NCBI GenBank assembly: GCA_964386395.1
Contig: CAYLRV010000001.1
Location: 23,807 to 87,806 of the forward strand
Length of the DNA stretch: 64,000 nucleotides
Reading direction: 5' to 3'
Origin: an uncultured Chitinophaga sp.
GTDB lineage: Bacteria > Bacteroidota > Bacteroidia > Chitinophagales > Chitinophagaceae
A program made the translations under genes and the position numbers. Positions 31,036 to 37,800 of this stretch are shown here, in pieces (position 1 is the stretch's first letter; the number at the start of each line of letters is the position of its first letter). The notes under the pieces are model-generated. The model was not told where the DNA came from. It did no database searches and saw nothing but the letters and a program-made list of their open reading frames with translations.

Positions 31036-31429
31036 TGTTTTGTTTTTTGAAACACGGTGACAGAGAGACAGGGGCGGCACAGTGTTTTTCGGTGTTGCCC
31101 TGTGTCGTTATGCCTTTGTGGTTCTATTTTTTGTTTACCAGCGACAGTAACTCCGGTCATCTTATGTTGCGTCGCACACTTCAGCTGCATATCCCTAATC
31201 ATCATAATCCCACATAATTTACCCTTTATTTAGATTCTCAAGCGCATCAATAAACTGTGCAACCCTTTCATCTTCTGACTCCTTGATAATAAAATCTAAC
31301 CGTTCAAAAGTATTTTCCAATAGAATTACAACAGTACAAGTGTGCGACGCAAGGGACGATGATAGAAGCAATACAGCCTGTAACATAAAAACATAAAACA
31401 TCCGGTACCGTTATAATACCGGATGTATA

Positions 31430-32527
31430 TTATTTACTTACCAAAATCTGCTTCAACTGCTCTAATAGCTGACCGTTACCGCCTACGCTGATATTGCTGA
31501 TTTTGTCGGCAATTTTCTCCACGTATTCCATTTCCTTCAGCTTCCAAAGCATGGCATTTTCTTCCATCAGTTTGGCTGTGTTCAGCAGGCTACGGGTGCT
31601 GGCAGTTTCTTCACGACGCATAATGGTGTTGGCCTGCGCCTTCTTTTCTGCCACCAGTACCTGGTTCATAATCTCTTTCATATCACCTGGCAGTATGATA
31701 TCACGAATACCAAAACCATTCACCGCAACACCCAATGCTTCTGCTTTTCCTTTCACACTTTGCAGGATAAAAGGAGCAATGGCTTCCTTCTTTTCCAGCA
31801 ATTCATCAAAGCCGAATCCGGCAATGTATTCACGCAGGGCCAGTTGCAGCGCCACGTACAGTTGCTTATCGTATTCTTTGTTCAGCACCATAGCTATTTC
31901 AAGGTCTGTTACGTTGTACTGTGACCAGGCATTGATACGCAATGCAGCCTTATCACGGGTCAGTATTTCCTGACCGTTGATTTCCAGTTGTTGCTGACGC
32001 ATATCTGCTTTCGCTACATGGATAGTGATACTGTTCTTCCACCAATAGTAGGTACCTGCATCCAGTTGCTTTACAAACTTACCATCTATGAACAACACCG
32101 CTTTCTCATAGCTTTGCACCTCGTAGTTACGCACCCAGTTGCTCACCGGTGCTTTTACCAGTACGGCACGGTCGATAGCCGTATCGATTTCAACCTGGCT
32201 GATATCAGCCCGAACGAAATCATTTTGCACAACAGATTTCCAGAATGCATAACGGCCGGCCGCCAGCACCTGCTTCAACAGGCCATTTTCGTATTGCAAC
32301 ACTATTTCTGTGTCTTTCACTTCCACTACCTGCAGTATAGCAGCCAGCTCCTTGTCCTGCAACAGGATGTTTAGTTCTACCGGTGCAGTGAATTGTTTGG
32401 TAATATCATAGATATATACCTGTTCGTTTTTCCAGAACCAGTAATTACCAGTCAGCAGCAGGCGCTTGTAGGCGCCATCTTTGAACACCAAACCAACCTG
32501 CCATGCGTTAATTTTTACTTTTTTCAT
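31430..32527 (-). CDS. SPFH/band-7 (flotillin/YqiK-like) protein
   Basis: Has an SPFH core and a C-terminal coiled region (RINAWSQYNV...EKKAQANTIMRREETASTRSLLNTAKLMEENAMLWKL). Confidence 0.7.
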   Translation of the reverse strand: MKKVKINAWQVGLVFKDGAYKRLLLTGNYWFWKNEQVYIYDITKQFTAPVELNILLQDKELAAILQVVEVKDTEIVLQYENGLLKQVLAAGRYAFWKSVVQNDFVRADISQVEIDTAIDRAVLVKAPVSNWVRNYEVQSYEKAVLFIDGKFVKQLDAGTYYWWKNSITIHVAKADMRQQQLEINGQEILTRDKAALRINAWSQYNVTDLEIAMVLNKEYDKQLYVALQLALREYIAGFGFDELLEKKEAIAPFILQSVKGKAEALGVAVNGFGIRDIILPGDMKEIMNQVLVAEKKAQANTIMRREETASTRSLLNTAKLMEENAMLWKLKEMEYVEKIADKISNISVGGNGQLLEQLKQILVSK

Positions 32528-32880
32528 TTTACTTGTTTTGCCCGTCAATAAACATTTATTTACTGTCAGCATGATTAATTAAAATAAAGCCGTGCTTGCC
32601 GCCACCAGTTACTACGGAATGAGATTAATACAACCCAGTTTCGTACAGTTCTTCACTCCCTCATCAGCTATACGTATATAACAAACTATGAGTGACGAAG
32701 TATAGTCAACTTCATTATACGCTTCTTATTTCGGGTAGCTGCCCGGCTGTATTGGTACAGGCTGCTTTAGCGTCCCGACCAATTACAGGCAACAAACCCG
32801 GCTTTTATCGGTCACCATTTTTTGAGAAGTGGTGTACTTCTTTGATACAAGCATCCTAAGTGCTTTGCGTTTACCATTTC

Positions 32881-33000
32881 CGCCATTTCCCCTTTAGAGG
32901 GAAAGCGGGATTCGAACCCGCATATTGTCTGTTGCTCTGTCCACTAAGCTACCGGGCCCATTGCCCGGATGGGATTCGAACCCATGACCCACAGGTTGTG
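32881..33000 (-). pseudogene. two tandem tRNA 3'-fragment remnants (T-arm plus partial acceptor/D-arm, no anticodon arm)
   Basis: Two T-arm reverse-complements are present (GCGGG ATTCGAA CCCGC and ATGGG ATTCGAA CCCAT). The first also retains a D-arm-like GGTAGCTTAGTGGACAGAGC, but neither folds into a full cloverleaf. Confidence 0.4.
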
Positions 33001-33163
33001 GTGATATATGTATCAGTGAAATAATAGCATACAGATAGCTATTGCGTCTGCACTGCCATGCTTGTTAAACATGTACCTGGTTTATTTTCAACAGGCATAT
33101 ATCATCTTGCCGTTAAGCAAGCCATTACGTTGATGTTTTCGCATCAACAATATTGTAAAGAGC

Positions 33164-34240
33164 TTAATTCATCAATGTCTCCGGCAGGCGAAACCCAATT
33201 ATCTCGGTCTGCTTTACTTCCTGCTGCTTTTCATGCGGGTTGGCGATCTCCGCTATTGTCATCGGACCGGTTATTGTTTTATCATATCCCAAATGTTCGC
33301 TTAGCCGCTGCGCTTTTTCTTTACTGAGCTTTCCGAATTCATAACGGGCTATCAACCTTCCTTTCCGCAACAGGGCACTGTCAATGGCTGTCAGTGAACT
33401 GTTGAATGTGCATATCAATTGCACATTCAGGAAGTCGGCCAGCAGACCATCTGATATATTCAGCAGGTTACTCACCGCTGAACTGCTGTTTTGCTTCCTG
33501 TCCATGATAATATTCTCGGCATCTTCAATTATCAAGACTGTATTCGGGTTATTGATCAGCAGTTCGATAAACTCAGGGTTCATCAGGTTTCCCGCTACCG
33601 ATGGTGAAAGGAATAAAACCCTTTTCTTTACCTTACCCACCAGGTACCGTAAATAGGTTGTCTTTCCTGTACCCGGTAAACCATGCAGCAGTACAATACC
33701 TTTGTCATTCTTTTGCCTGAGCCTTTTTTGTATGACCGTATCCACATCTTTAAAATCGTCTTCGTAAAAAAGTCCCAGATCCAGCTTTGTCCGTTTTATT
33801 TCCATCGCCCGCAGATCCATCGAATTCCGGCTTTGCACAATCAGGTTGATCTCCAATGGCTGCCGGCGTTGCCTTTCTTTAAACTGAAGGGCAATGGCAA
33901 CAATCGCTTTTACCAGTTCCCCGTCACTGCCATCGTGGAGTATTTCGCAATAGTCATCCTCCAGCTCCACAATACAGTTTTGTTGCAACACAATAAGCGT
34001 TTTATCAAACTGAAATTTCTTCTTTTTACGCTTGTACCAGGTCGTCCGATGAATGTTCTTTATTGATTGCGCAAATTTCTCCTGCAATACAGCAAACACC
34101 TTCTCCCCTTCCACATCGCTGATAAAATTGATGTTTGGCAGTGCGTTAAAACTGTACAGGTACAACATCTTTGCGTCCAGGAAAGAGTCGCCAAACACAT
34201 TGTTTGCGTTTATAACTTTCTGACTGTATAGATTTTCCAT
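33164..34240 (-). CDS. AAA+ ATPase with a roughly 180 aa N-terminal domain of unknown function
   Basis: Has a Walker A (LLHGLPGTGKTT), a Walker B (VLIIEDAEN) and the AAA sensor-2 motif LLRKGRL. It lies directly downstream of the tRNA array and the DUF458-like gene on the same strand. Confidence 0.7.
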   Translation of the reverse strand: MENLYSQKVINANNVFGDSFLDAKMLYLYSFNALPNINFISDVEGEKVFAVLQEKFAQSIKNIHRTTWYKRKKKKFQFDKTLIVLQQNCIVELEDDYCEILHDGSDGELVKAIVAIALQFKERQRRQPLEINLIVQSRNSMDLRAMEIKRTKLDLGLFYEDDFKDVDTVIQKRLRQKNDKGIVLLHGLPGTGKTTYLRYLVGKVKKRVLFLSPSVAGNLMNPEFIELLINNPNTVLIIEDAENIIMDRKQNSSSAVSNLLNISDGLLADFLNVQLICTFNSSLTAIDSALLRKGRLIARYEFGKLSKEKAQRLSEHLGYDKTITGPMTIAEIANPHEKQQEVKQTEIIGFRLPETLMN

Positions 34241-34341
34241 TGTCTTACATTTTAGCTGTTCCGTTGCCGGTAACAGTGTTCCTATTAATTTTTCGTTCCT
34301 TTCCTAATCTCCCGCCCGCAGGCAGGAGACCGAAAAGGTTG

Positions 34342-34848
34342 TTACTGTACCACTTTATTTGCACAGCTGGAGCTGGCAAAAGCTTCCGGTTTAGCCTTGA
34401 AAGCAAAACCCCTGCCTGTCCGGCAGGCAGGCATTCCCATGATATAGCCCATAGCTTCCTTCAGGGCATCGTTACTTTTAAAGTTTGGGTTGGTGTTGAT
34501 GTCCGCATGCACTTCCATATCCACACTGTAGCGGCTGAATATGTTGCACAGTGCATAGGCTACTTCGATACTTTTCTGTACTTCCATCAACATCCGTTCT
34601 TTAATCGTCATACGCTGGCGGGTTGTTTCATTATGGATATACATGAAACCACCTTTCCCTTTCCGGATGAATACGATTACCGTGGCAAACTCAGTCACCC
34701 TGGCTTTCACCTGGCTATCGGTACCAATGCAGACTTTCAATTCATGTCCATTCTCTTTTTCCTGCATCAATACACGGCTTACCTCTTCCGCAATCGGGAT
34801 TTGAATCCGTTCACCGGTCAATTTTCTCCATTGTTGTTCCTGTTCCAT
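34342..34848 (-). CDS. hypothetical protein, possibly DUF458 (YkuK-like RNase-H-fold) family
   Basis: A 168 aa ORF with VCIGTDSQ and GKGG motifs that recall the DUF458 family. It starts about 25 nt downstream of the last tRNA-like unit on the same strand. Confidence 0.4.
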   Translation of the reverse strand: MEQEQQWRKLTGERIQIPIAEEVSRVLMQEKENGHELKVCIGTDSQVKARVTEFATVIVFIRKGKGGFMYIHNETTRQRMTIKERMLMEVQKSIEVAYALCNIFSRYSVDMEVHADINTNPNFKSNDALKEAMGYIMGMPACRTGRGFAFKAKPEAFASSSCANKVVQ

Positions 34849-34871
34849 TGTTTTTGTTTTTCAATGTTGTG

Positions 34872-34945
34872 CTGCATAAGTACAAGGATTCGATCCACCT
34901 CCGGTGGATTGTAAGCCATTATGCTACCGTTACATCATACTTGCT
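34872..34945 (-). pseudogene. degenerate tRNA-like unit (CTTACAA anticodon-like loop, no foldable T-arm)
   Basis: A T-loop-like GGATTCGATCC and a D-region are present, but no consistent acceptor or T stems could be found. Confidence 0.25.
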
Positions 34946-34948
34946 TTT

Positions 34949-35021
34949 GTGGACAAAACAGGATTCGAACCTGTACTGCTGCGGCTTCAACGCAGTGCTC
35001 TGCCATTGGAGCTATTTGTCC
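34949..35021 (-). tRNA. tRNA-Phe (GAA)
   Basis: Manual fold: acceptor GGACAAA/TTTGTCC, D-arm GCTC-CAATGGCA-GAGC, anticodon arm CTGCG-TTGAAGC-CGCAG and T-arm ACAGG-TTCGAAT-CCTGT. Confidence 0.8.
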
Positions 35022-35115
35022 TTTTGTTTGTACCTGCACTGGCTGATCTTTTACACTTCATCACCGAATTGTGTTGCACAAACTCTGTCTTCCCGCCATA
35101 GCGGAATTATCATTG

Positions 35116-35203
35116 CGGAGAGTAAAGGATTCGAACCTTTGTACCGTTGTGAACGACAGCCCAAGCTTAGCAGGCTGGCACATTACCACTCTGTCAACCC
35201 TCC
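35116..35203 (-). tRNA. tRNA-Ser (GCU), type II
   Basis: Manual fold: acceptor GGAGGGT/ACTCTCC with one GU pair, a 3-bp D stem, anticodon loop CTGCTAA with one mismatch in its stem, a variable-arm hairpin and T-arm AAAGG-TTCGAAT-CCTTT. Confidence 0.55.
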
Positions 35204-35207
35204 TTTG

Positions 35208-35291
35208 TGTGATTAATAAGATTCGAACTTATTCAGCCCGAAGGCAACGGTTTTACAGACCGTTACGACTCTCCGTCTTCGTCGTACTCAC
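35208..35291 (-). tRNA. tRNA-Tyr (GUA), type II
   Basis: Manual fold: anticodon arm ACGGT-CTGTAAA-ACCGT, variable arm GCC-TTCG-GGC and T-arm ATAAG-TTCGAAT-CTTAT, with one G-A mismatch in the acceptor. It sits 4 nt from the Ser gene. Confidence 0.6.
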
Positions 35292-35302
35292 CAAAATTTC
35301 AG

Positions 35303-35379
35303 CGGATGAAGAAAGGGTCGAACTTTCAACCATCGGCTTAACATCCGCCACTGGCGGACTGCCATTGAGCTATTCATCC
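35303..35379 (-). pseudogene. non-canonical tRNA-like unit (77 nt)
   Basis: The acceptor GGATGAA/TTCATCC is perfect and the T-arm GAAAG-TTCGACC-CTTTC is present. The D-stem 3' half and anticodon arm are replaced by a CCGCC-AGT-GGCGG hairpin. Confidence 0.35.
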
Positions 35380-35383
35380 ATTG

Positions 35384-35457
35384 TTGTCCCGGTGAGATTC
35401 GAACTCACAACCCCCCGGTTAAAAGCCGGGTACATCTTCCAGTTGAGCTACGAGACA
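35384..35457 (-). tRNA. tRNA-Lys (UUU), with a weak D-stem
   Basis: The anticodon arm CCCGG-CTTTTAA-CCGGG and T-arm GTGAG-TTCGAAT-CTCAC fold well, and the acceptor holds with one GU pair. Only 2 of 4 D-stem pairs form. It lies 4 nt from the previous unit. Confidence 0.5.
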
Positions 35458-35463
35458 TTTTTG

Positions 35464-35555
35464 TTGCGGCTACCGGATTCACTGTCTGCCGACAGGCAGG
35501 GAACCAGTAACTCCTGCCATGTAAAAACAGCTTTCTCCCATTGAATTAAGCCGCA
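35464..35555 (-). tRNA. tRNA-Val (UAC)-like carrying a 20-nt insertion in the T-loop (35481..35500)
   Basis: The acceptor TGCGGCT/AGCCGCA is perfect and the anticodon loop is TTTACAT. The T-loop reads ATTC[ACTGTCTGCCGACAGGCAGG]GAA on the plus strand. Confidence 0.45.
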
Positions 35556-35572
35556 CTGCTTCATAAGGTTTG

Positions 35573-35644
35573 TGATGGTTGACAGATTCGAACTGTCAGC
35601 CGCTATCGTATCAGGATAGTACTCTGCCATTGAGTTAAACCATC
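35573..35644 (-). tRNA. tRNA-Ile (GAU)
   Basis: Manual fold gives a perfect cloverleaf: acceptor GATGGTT/AACCATC, D-arm ACTC-AATGGCA-GAGT, anticodon arm CTATC-CTGATAC-GATAG and T-arm GACAG-TTCGAAT-CTGTC. Confidence 0.75.
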
Positions 35645-35648
35645 ATTG

Positions 35649-35720
35649 TTGCGGCTGCCAGATTCGAACCAGCATTTGAAGCTTATGAGACTTCTGAGTT
35701 AGCCATTACGCTAAACCGCA
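35649..35720 (-). tRNA. tRNA-Met/Ile2 (CAU)
   Basis: Manual fold: acceptor with one GU pair, anticodon arm GAAGT-CTCATAA-GCTTC and a T-stem with two GU pairs. It sits 4 nt from the Ile gene. Confidence 0.5.
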
Positions 35721-35729
35721 ATTAATATG

Positions 35730-35803
35730 TAAGCCTGGTGAGAATCGAACTCACACTACATGGCTTCTAAGGCCATTGCCTCTCCCAATTGGGCTACAAG
35801 CTT
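35730..35803 (-). tRNA. class-I-shaped tRNA with Leu anticodon UAG (non-canonical: short variable arm)
   Basis: The anticodon arm ATGGC-CTTAGAA-GCCAT folds cleanly. The variable region is 5 nt, the D stem is 3 bp, the T-arm is GTGAG-TTCGATT-CTCAC and the discriminator is A. Confidence 0.5.
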
Positions 35804-35813
35804 ATTTCATTTG

Positions 35814-35886
35814 TCGGCCAGACTGGATTCGAACCAGTAACCTTTTGCGTATAAGGCAACTGCTCACACCGTTGAGCTACAGGCCG
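35814..35886 (-). tRNA. tRNA with anticodon UAU (Ile-like)
   Basis: The D-arm GCTC-AACGGTGT-GAGC folds, the anticodon loop is CTTATAC and the T-arm is ACTGG-TTCGAAT-CCAGT. The acceptor has one mismatch. Confidence 0.5.
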
Positions 35887-35894
35887 CTTGTTTG

Positions 35895-35987
35895 CTGACT
35901 CAGAAAGATTCCCTGCCAGTCGGCAGACAGGGAACTTTCATCTCCTCATTCGTAGTGAGGTGTTCTTCTCCATTGAACTATAAGTCA
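35895..35987 (-). tRNA. tRNA-Arg (ACG) carrying a 20-nt insertion in the T-loop (35912..35931)
   Basis: The rest of the cloverleaf is otherwise canonical: acceptor TGACTTA/TGAGTCA, D-arm GTTC-AATGGAGAA-GAAC and anticodon arm CCTCA-CTACGAA-TGAGG. The T-loop reads ATTC[CCTGCCAGTCGGCAGACAGG]GAA on the plus strand. Confidence 0.5.
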
Positions 35988-35993
35988 TCATTG

Positions 35994-36109
35994 TACGGCT
36001 TCAGGAATTCCTGCCTGGCCGGCAGCCAGGGAACCTCTGCAACGATCACCTGCTATTTTCCTCTCAGAAAGAAAGGGAGGTGATTATGTTTCCATTACAA
36101 CAAGCCGTA
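35994..36109 (-). pseudogene. tRNA-like unit with a 20-nt T-loop insertion (36011..36030) and a second roughly 21-nt expansion of the anticodon loop
   Basis: The acceptor ACGGCTT/AAGCCGT is perfect and the D-arm is recognisable. A 6-bp stem (ATCACC/GGTGAT) closes a 28-nt loop, and the T-loop carries the insertion CTGCCTGGCCGGCAGCCAGG. Confidence 0.3.
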
Positions 36110-36111
36110 TT

Positions 36112-36186
36112 GGGTGCACTGCGGGGCTCGAACCCTGTTCTCCCGATGCACAGTCGGGCACTTTACCAAATAAGCTACAGCCACCA
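36112..36186 (-). pseudogene. tRNA-His (GUG)-like, probably degenerate
   Basis: The 5' half matches tRNA-His very well (G-1 GTGGCTG TA GCTT..., anticodon arm CCCGA-CTGTGCA-TCGGG). The T-stem has only 3 pairs, and the 3' acceptor strand is disrupted (GTGCACTG rather than GTGGCTG). Confidence 0.35.
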
Positions 36187-36190
36187 TCTG

Positions 36191-36282
36191 TTACCCGGCT
36201 CAGACTCCCTGTCTGCTGACAGGCAGGGAACTGAGAATACCAGACTCAAATTCTGGTGTGTTGCCAATTACACCACCCGGTA
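36191..36282 (-). tRNA. tRNA-Gln (UUG)-like carrying a 20-nt insertion in the T-loop (36208..36227)
   Basis: Manual fold: anticodon arm CCAGA-ATTTGAG-TCTGG, D-arm GTGT/ACAC and T-stem CTCAG/CTGAG flanking ACTC[CCTGTCTGCTGACAGGCAGG]GAA. The acceptor has one G-G mismatch. Confidence 0.45.
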
Positions 36283-36455
36283 ATCGTGCAGCATGAGTGA
36301 ATCCCTGTCTGCAGACTGGAAGTGAACATGCAGCCTTCCGCCGCGGCGGATATCCGGCCAATCGAAATGCTCCTATATTTTGCTCAAAGAACTTTTGGAA
36401 AAGCATCCCCGCTGCACCTGCGGGGAGCTTTGTCCCTCCTTCTGCACATAATCTG

Positions 36456-36590
36456 TTAACGCAGTTCATATTCTGCAGGGTGACGAACTTTGCAGTTGGT
36501 CATTCCTTTGTGATGAACATTGCTTTTATTTTCTTTCTTTATCAGCACTTTCACTATAAAGTGAATGGCCAGTACTATCAGTAAAAATTT
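36456..36590 (-). CDS. possible small hydrophobic protein (45 aa)
   Basis: The ORF reads MKFLLIVLAIHFIVKVLIKKENKSNVHHKGMTNCKVRHPAEYELR, with one predicted TM helix followed by a basic tail. It lies downstream of a strong minus-strand terminator. Confidence 0.2.
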   Translation of the reverse strand, partial: KFLLIVLAIHFIVKVLIKKENKSNVHHKGMTNCKVRHPAEYELR

Positions 36591-36679
36591 CATAGCTACC
36601 TCCTTTCTATTAACTGCATTTTTTATTTCCGCACTCTTCACCAATTGATTTCCTAACACTTCAACGACGGGAAATCTTT

Positions 36680-36750
36680 GTGGCAACCCACCTTCGCCAA
36701 AGCTTCGGTGGGTAAATAAAAAAACCCGGTCGTTTTTAGCGACCGGGTTT
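36680..36750 (-). terminator. repeat unit A: hairpin ACCCACC...GGTGGGT followed by a strong terminator (CCCGGTCG...CGACCGGG plus T7 on the minus strand)
   Basis: Both hairpins were read directly from the sequence, and this unit is a copy of the one at 37045..37112. Confidence 0.55.
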
Positions 36751-37044
36751 CCTGGCAAGCACAATTGTACTTACCTATGGATTGTCCGGTCGCCGATGGT
36801 GATCATTCTCATTACCTATGGGCACAATACTCCTGTTCGCTTGCGCAGAGCAATAGCATATGGCTGATAGTTGATCATTCATCGTTTGACTAAATCGTTT
36901 ATGTCGTAATAGTTTCAGCATTCTTTATTTTTCGGTTACAATAGATTCAAAACTTTTCCGATTACATAACTATTTTTCTTGTCCACTTACACTGAAGCTT
37001 GGGATTATCGCTTTCGCTTGCGCTGTGGGTAACACTTCTTCGCC

Positions 37045-37112
37045 GGCGGGTAACCCACCTTCGCTAAAGCTACGGTGGGTAAATAAAAAGCCCCGACGTT
37101 TGCCGGGGCCTG
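37045..37112 (-). terminator. repeat unit B: hairpin ACCCACC...GGTGGGT followed by a terminator (GCCCCG...CGGGGC plus T-run on the minus strand)
   Basis: It has the same architecture as unit A, with compensatory base changes in the terminator stem. It lies downstream of the Dabb gene. Confidence 0.55.
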
Positions 37113-37331
37113 TATTTCATTGAATTCGTTAGTATAACTTATCCTGGCAAAATACATGCCCCACAAACAGTGTAGTCTCCCTTGGGACTAAACCAATTCG
37201 CTGATTCAATATGTAATTTTATGCGTAGCATGTTTTTGTTTTGCAGTGCAAAGATGAATTTATTTTTTTGATGTTGCCAAATTTTTCTTGAAGAATTTTT
37301 AAAAATTATTTTTTTGCGCACAATTCCTATT

Positions 37332-37739
37332 TCAAATATCAACTGAATCATACACTATTACTTTACTCCACAAATGCGAATATTCCTCAATGAAAAGCAG
37401 GTGAATGGGATCAGTTTGATAACTCGCATGGTCTGCATCATTTTCAAAATACACCAGCCAGGATACAGCATAGCCTCTTTCAATTACTTCACGATTAGTA
37501 TCAGCCGGTTTACCAATCCGGAAACTTTTTATCGTTTTTACTTTCGATAATTTATGCAAACCTTCCACTAATTTTTCCCTGTCAGCAAGATTGTCCGTAT
37601 TCTTTAACCAGAAGAATACATGATGAATAAATGCAGCCTTCTTTTTGCCAGTTGATTTTGTTCCTGAAAAAGAAGATAACCCTGTTACGAGTGCGGCTGC
37701 ACCTGCTTTATTGATAAATTGTTTGCGGGTTTGTTTCAT
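37332..37739 (-). CDS. Dabb (stress-responsive alpha/beta-barrel) domain protein
   Basis: Matches the Dabb fold (FIHHVFFWLKN...VKTIKSFRIGKP...YQTDPIHLLFIEE). The start was set at MKQTRKQF. Confidence 0.6.
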   Translation of the reverse strand: MKQTRKQFINKAGAAALVTGLSSFSGTKSTGKKKAAFIHHVFFWLKNTDNLADREKLVEGLHKLSKVKTIKSFRIGKPADTNREVIERGYAVSWLVYFENDADHASYQTDPIHLLFIEEYSHLWSKVIVYDSVDI

Positions 37740-37800
37740 GATGCCTGTATTTTCGGCATAAGGTAATGCAAAATTAAATGCCGGCAATCGCAGACCTGTT

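Noticed and set aside
31219-31401. A 60 aa minus-strand ORF between rtcB and the SPFH gene.
   Set aside because: Its N-terminal half is encoded by the inverted copy of the conserved 20-mer repeat and it has no internal start. It is more likely non-coding regulatory DNA.
34240-34914. A 224 aa plus-strand ORF.
   Set aside because: It is entirely antisense to the DUF458-like gene and the first tRNA-like unit and matches no family, so it is spurious.
35464-36282. Possible CRISPR array, suggested by regularly spaced near-palindromic repeats of about 20-35 nt.
   Set aside because: The spacers are tRNA bodies of variable length and the repeats are imperfect and bidirectional. There is no leader or cas gene, so this is not a CRISPR locus.
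34848-36283. A series of 60-160 aa plus-strand ORFs in the ORF track (for example 34848..35216, 35071..35544, 35892..36083, 36080..36283) with recurring peptides like GFEP and LSADRQGT.
   Set aside because: They are translations across the minus-strand tRNA genes (GATTCGAAC reads as GFEP) and across the 20-nt insert. They run antisense to structured RNAs and have no start context.
36337-36350. The perfect palindrome TCCGCCGCGGCGGA.
   Set aside because: It is a single short GC palindrome (contains a SacII site) with no repeat copies or adjacent T-run, so it is probably incidental.
36750-37040. Candidate tmRNA, RNase P RNA or SRP RNA in the ORF-free block.
   Set aside because: The conserved cores I can recall (RNase P AGGAAAGTCCGGGCTCC, tmRNA 3' end GGTTCGAnTCC...CTCCACCA, SRP GGTCAGGTCCGGAAGG) are not present. 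It remains an unassigned candidate sRNA only.
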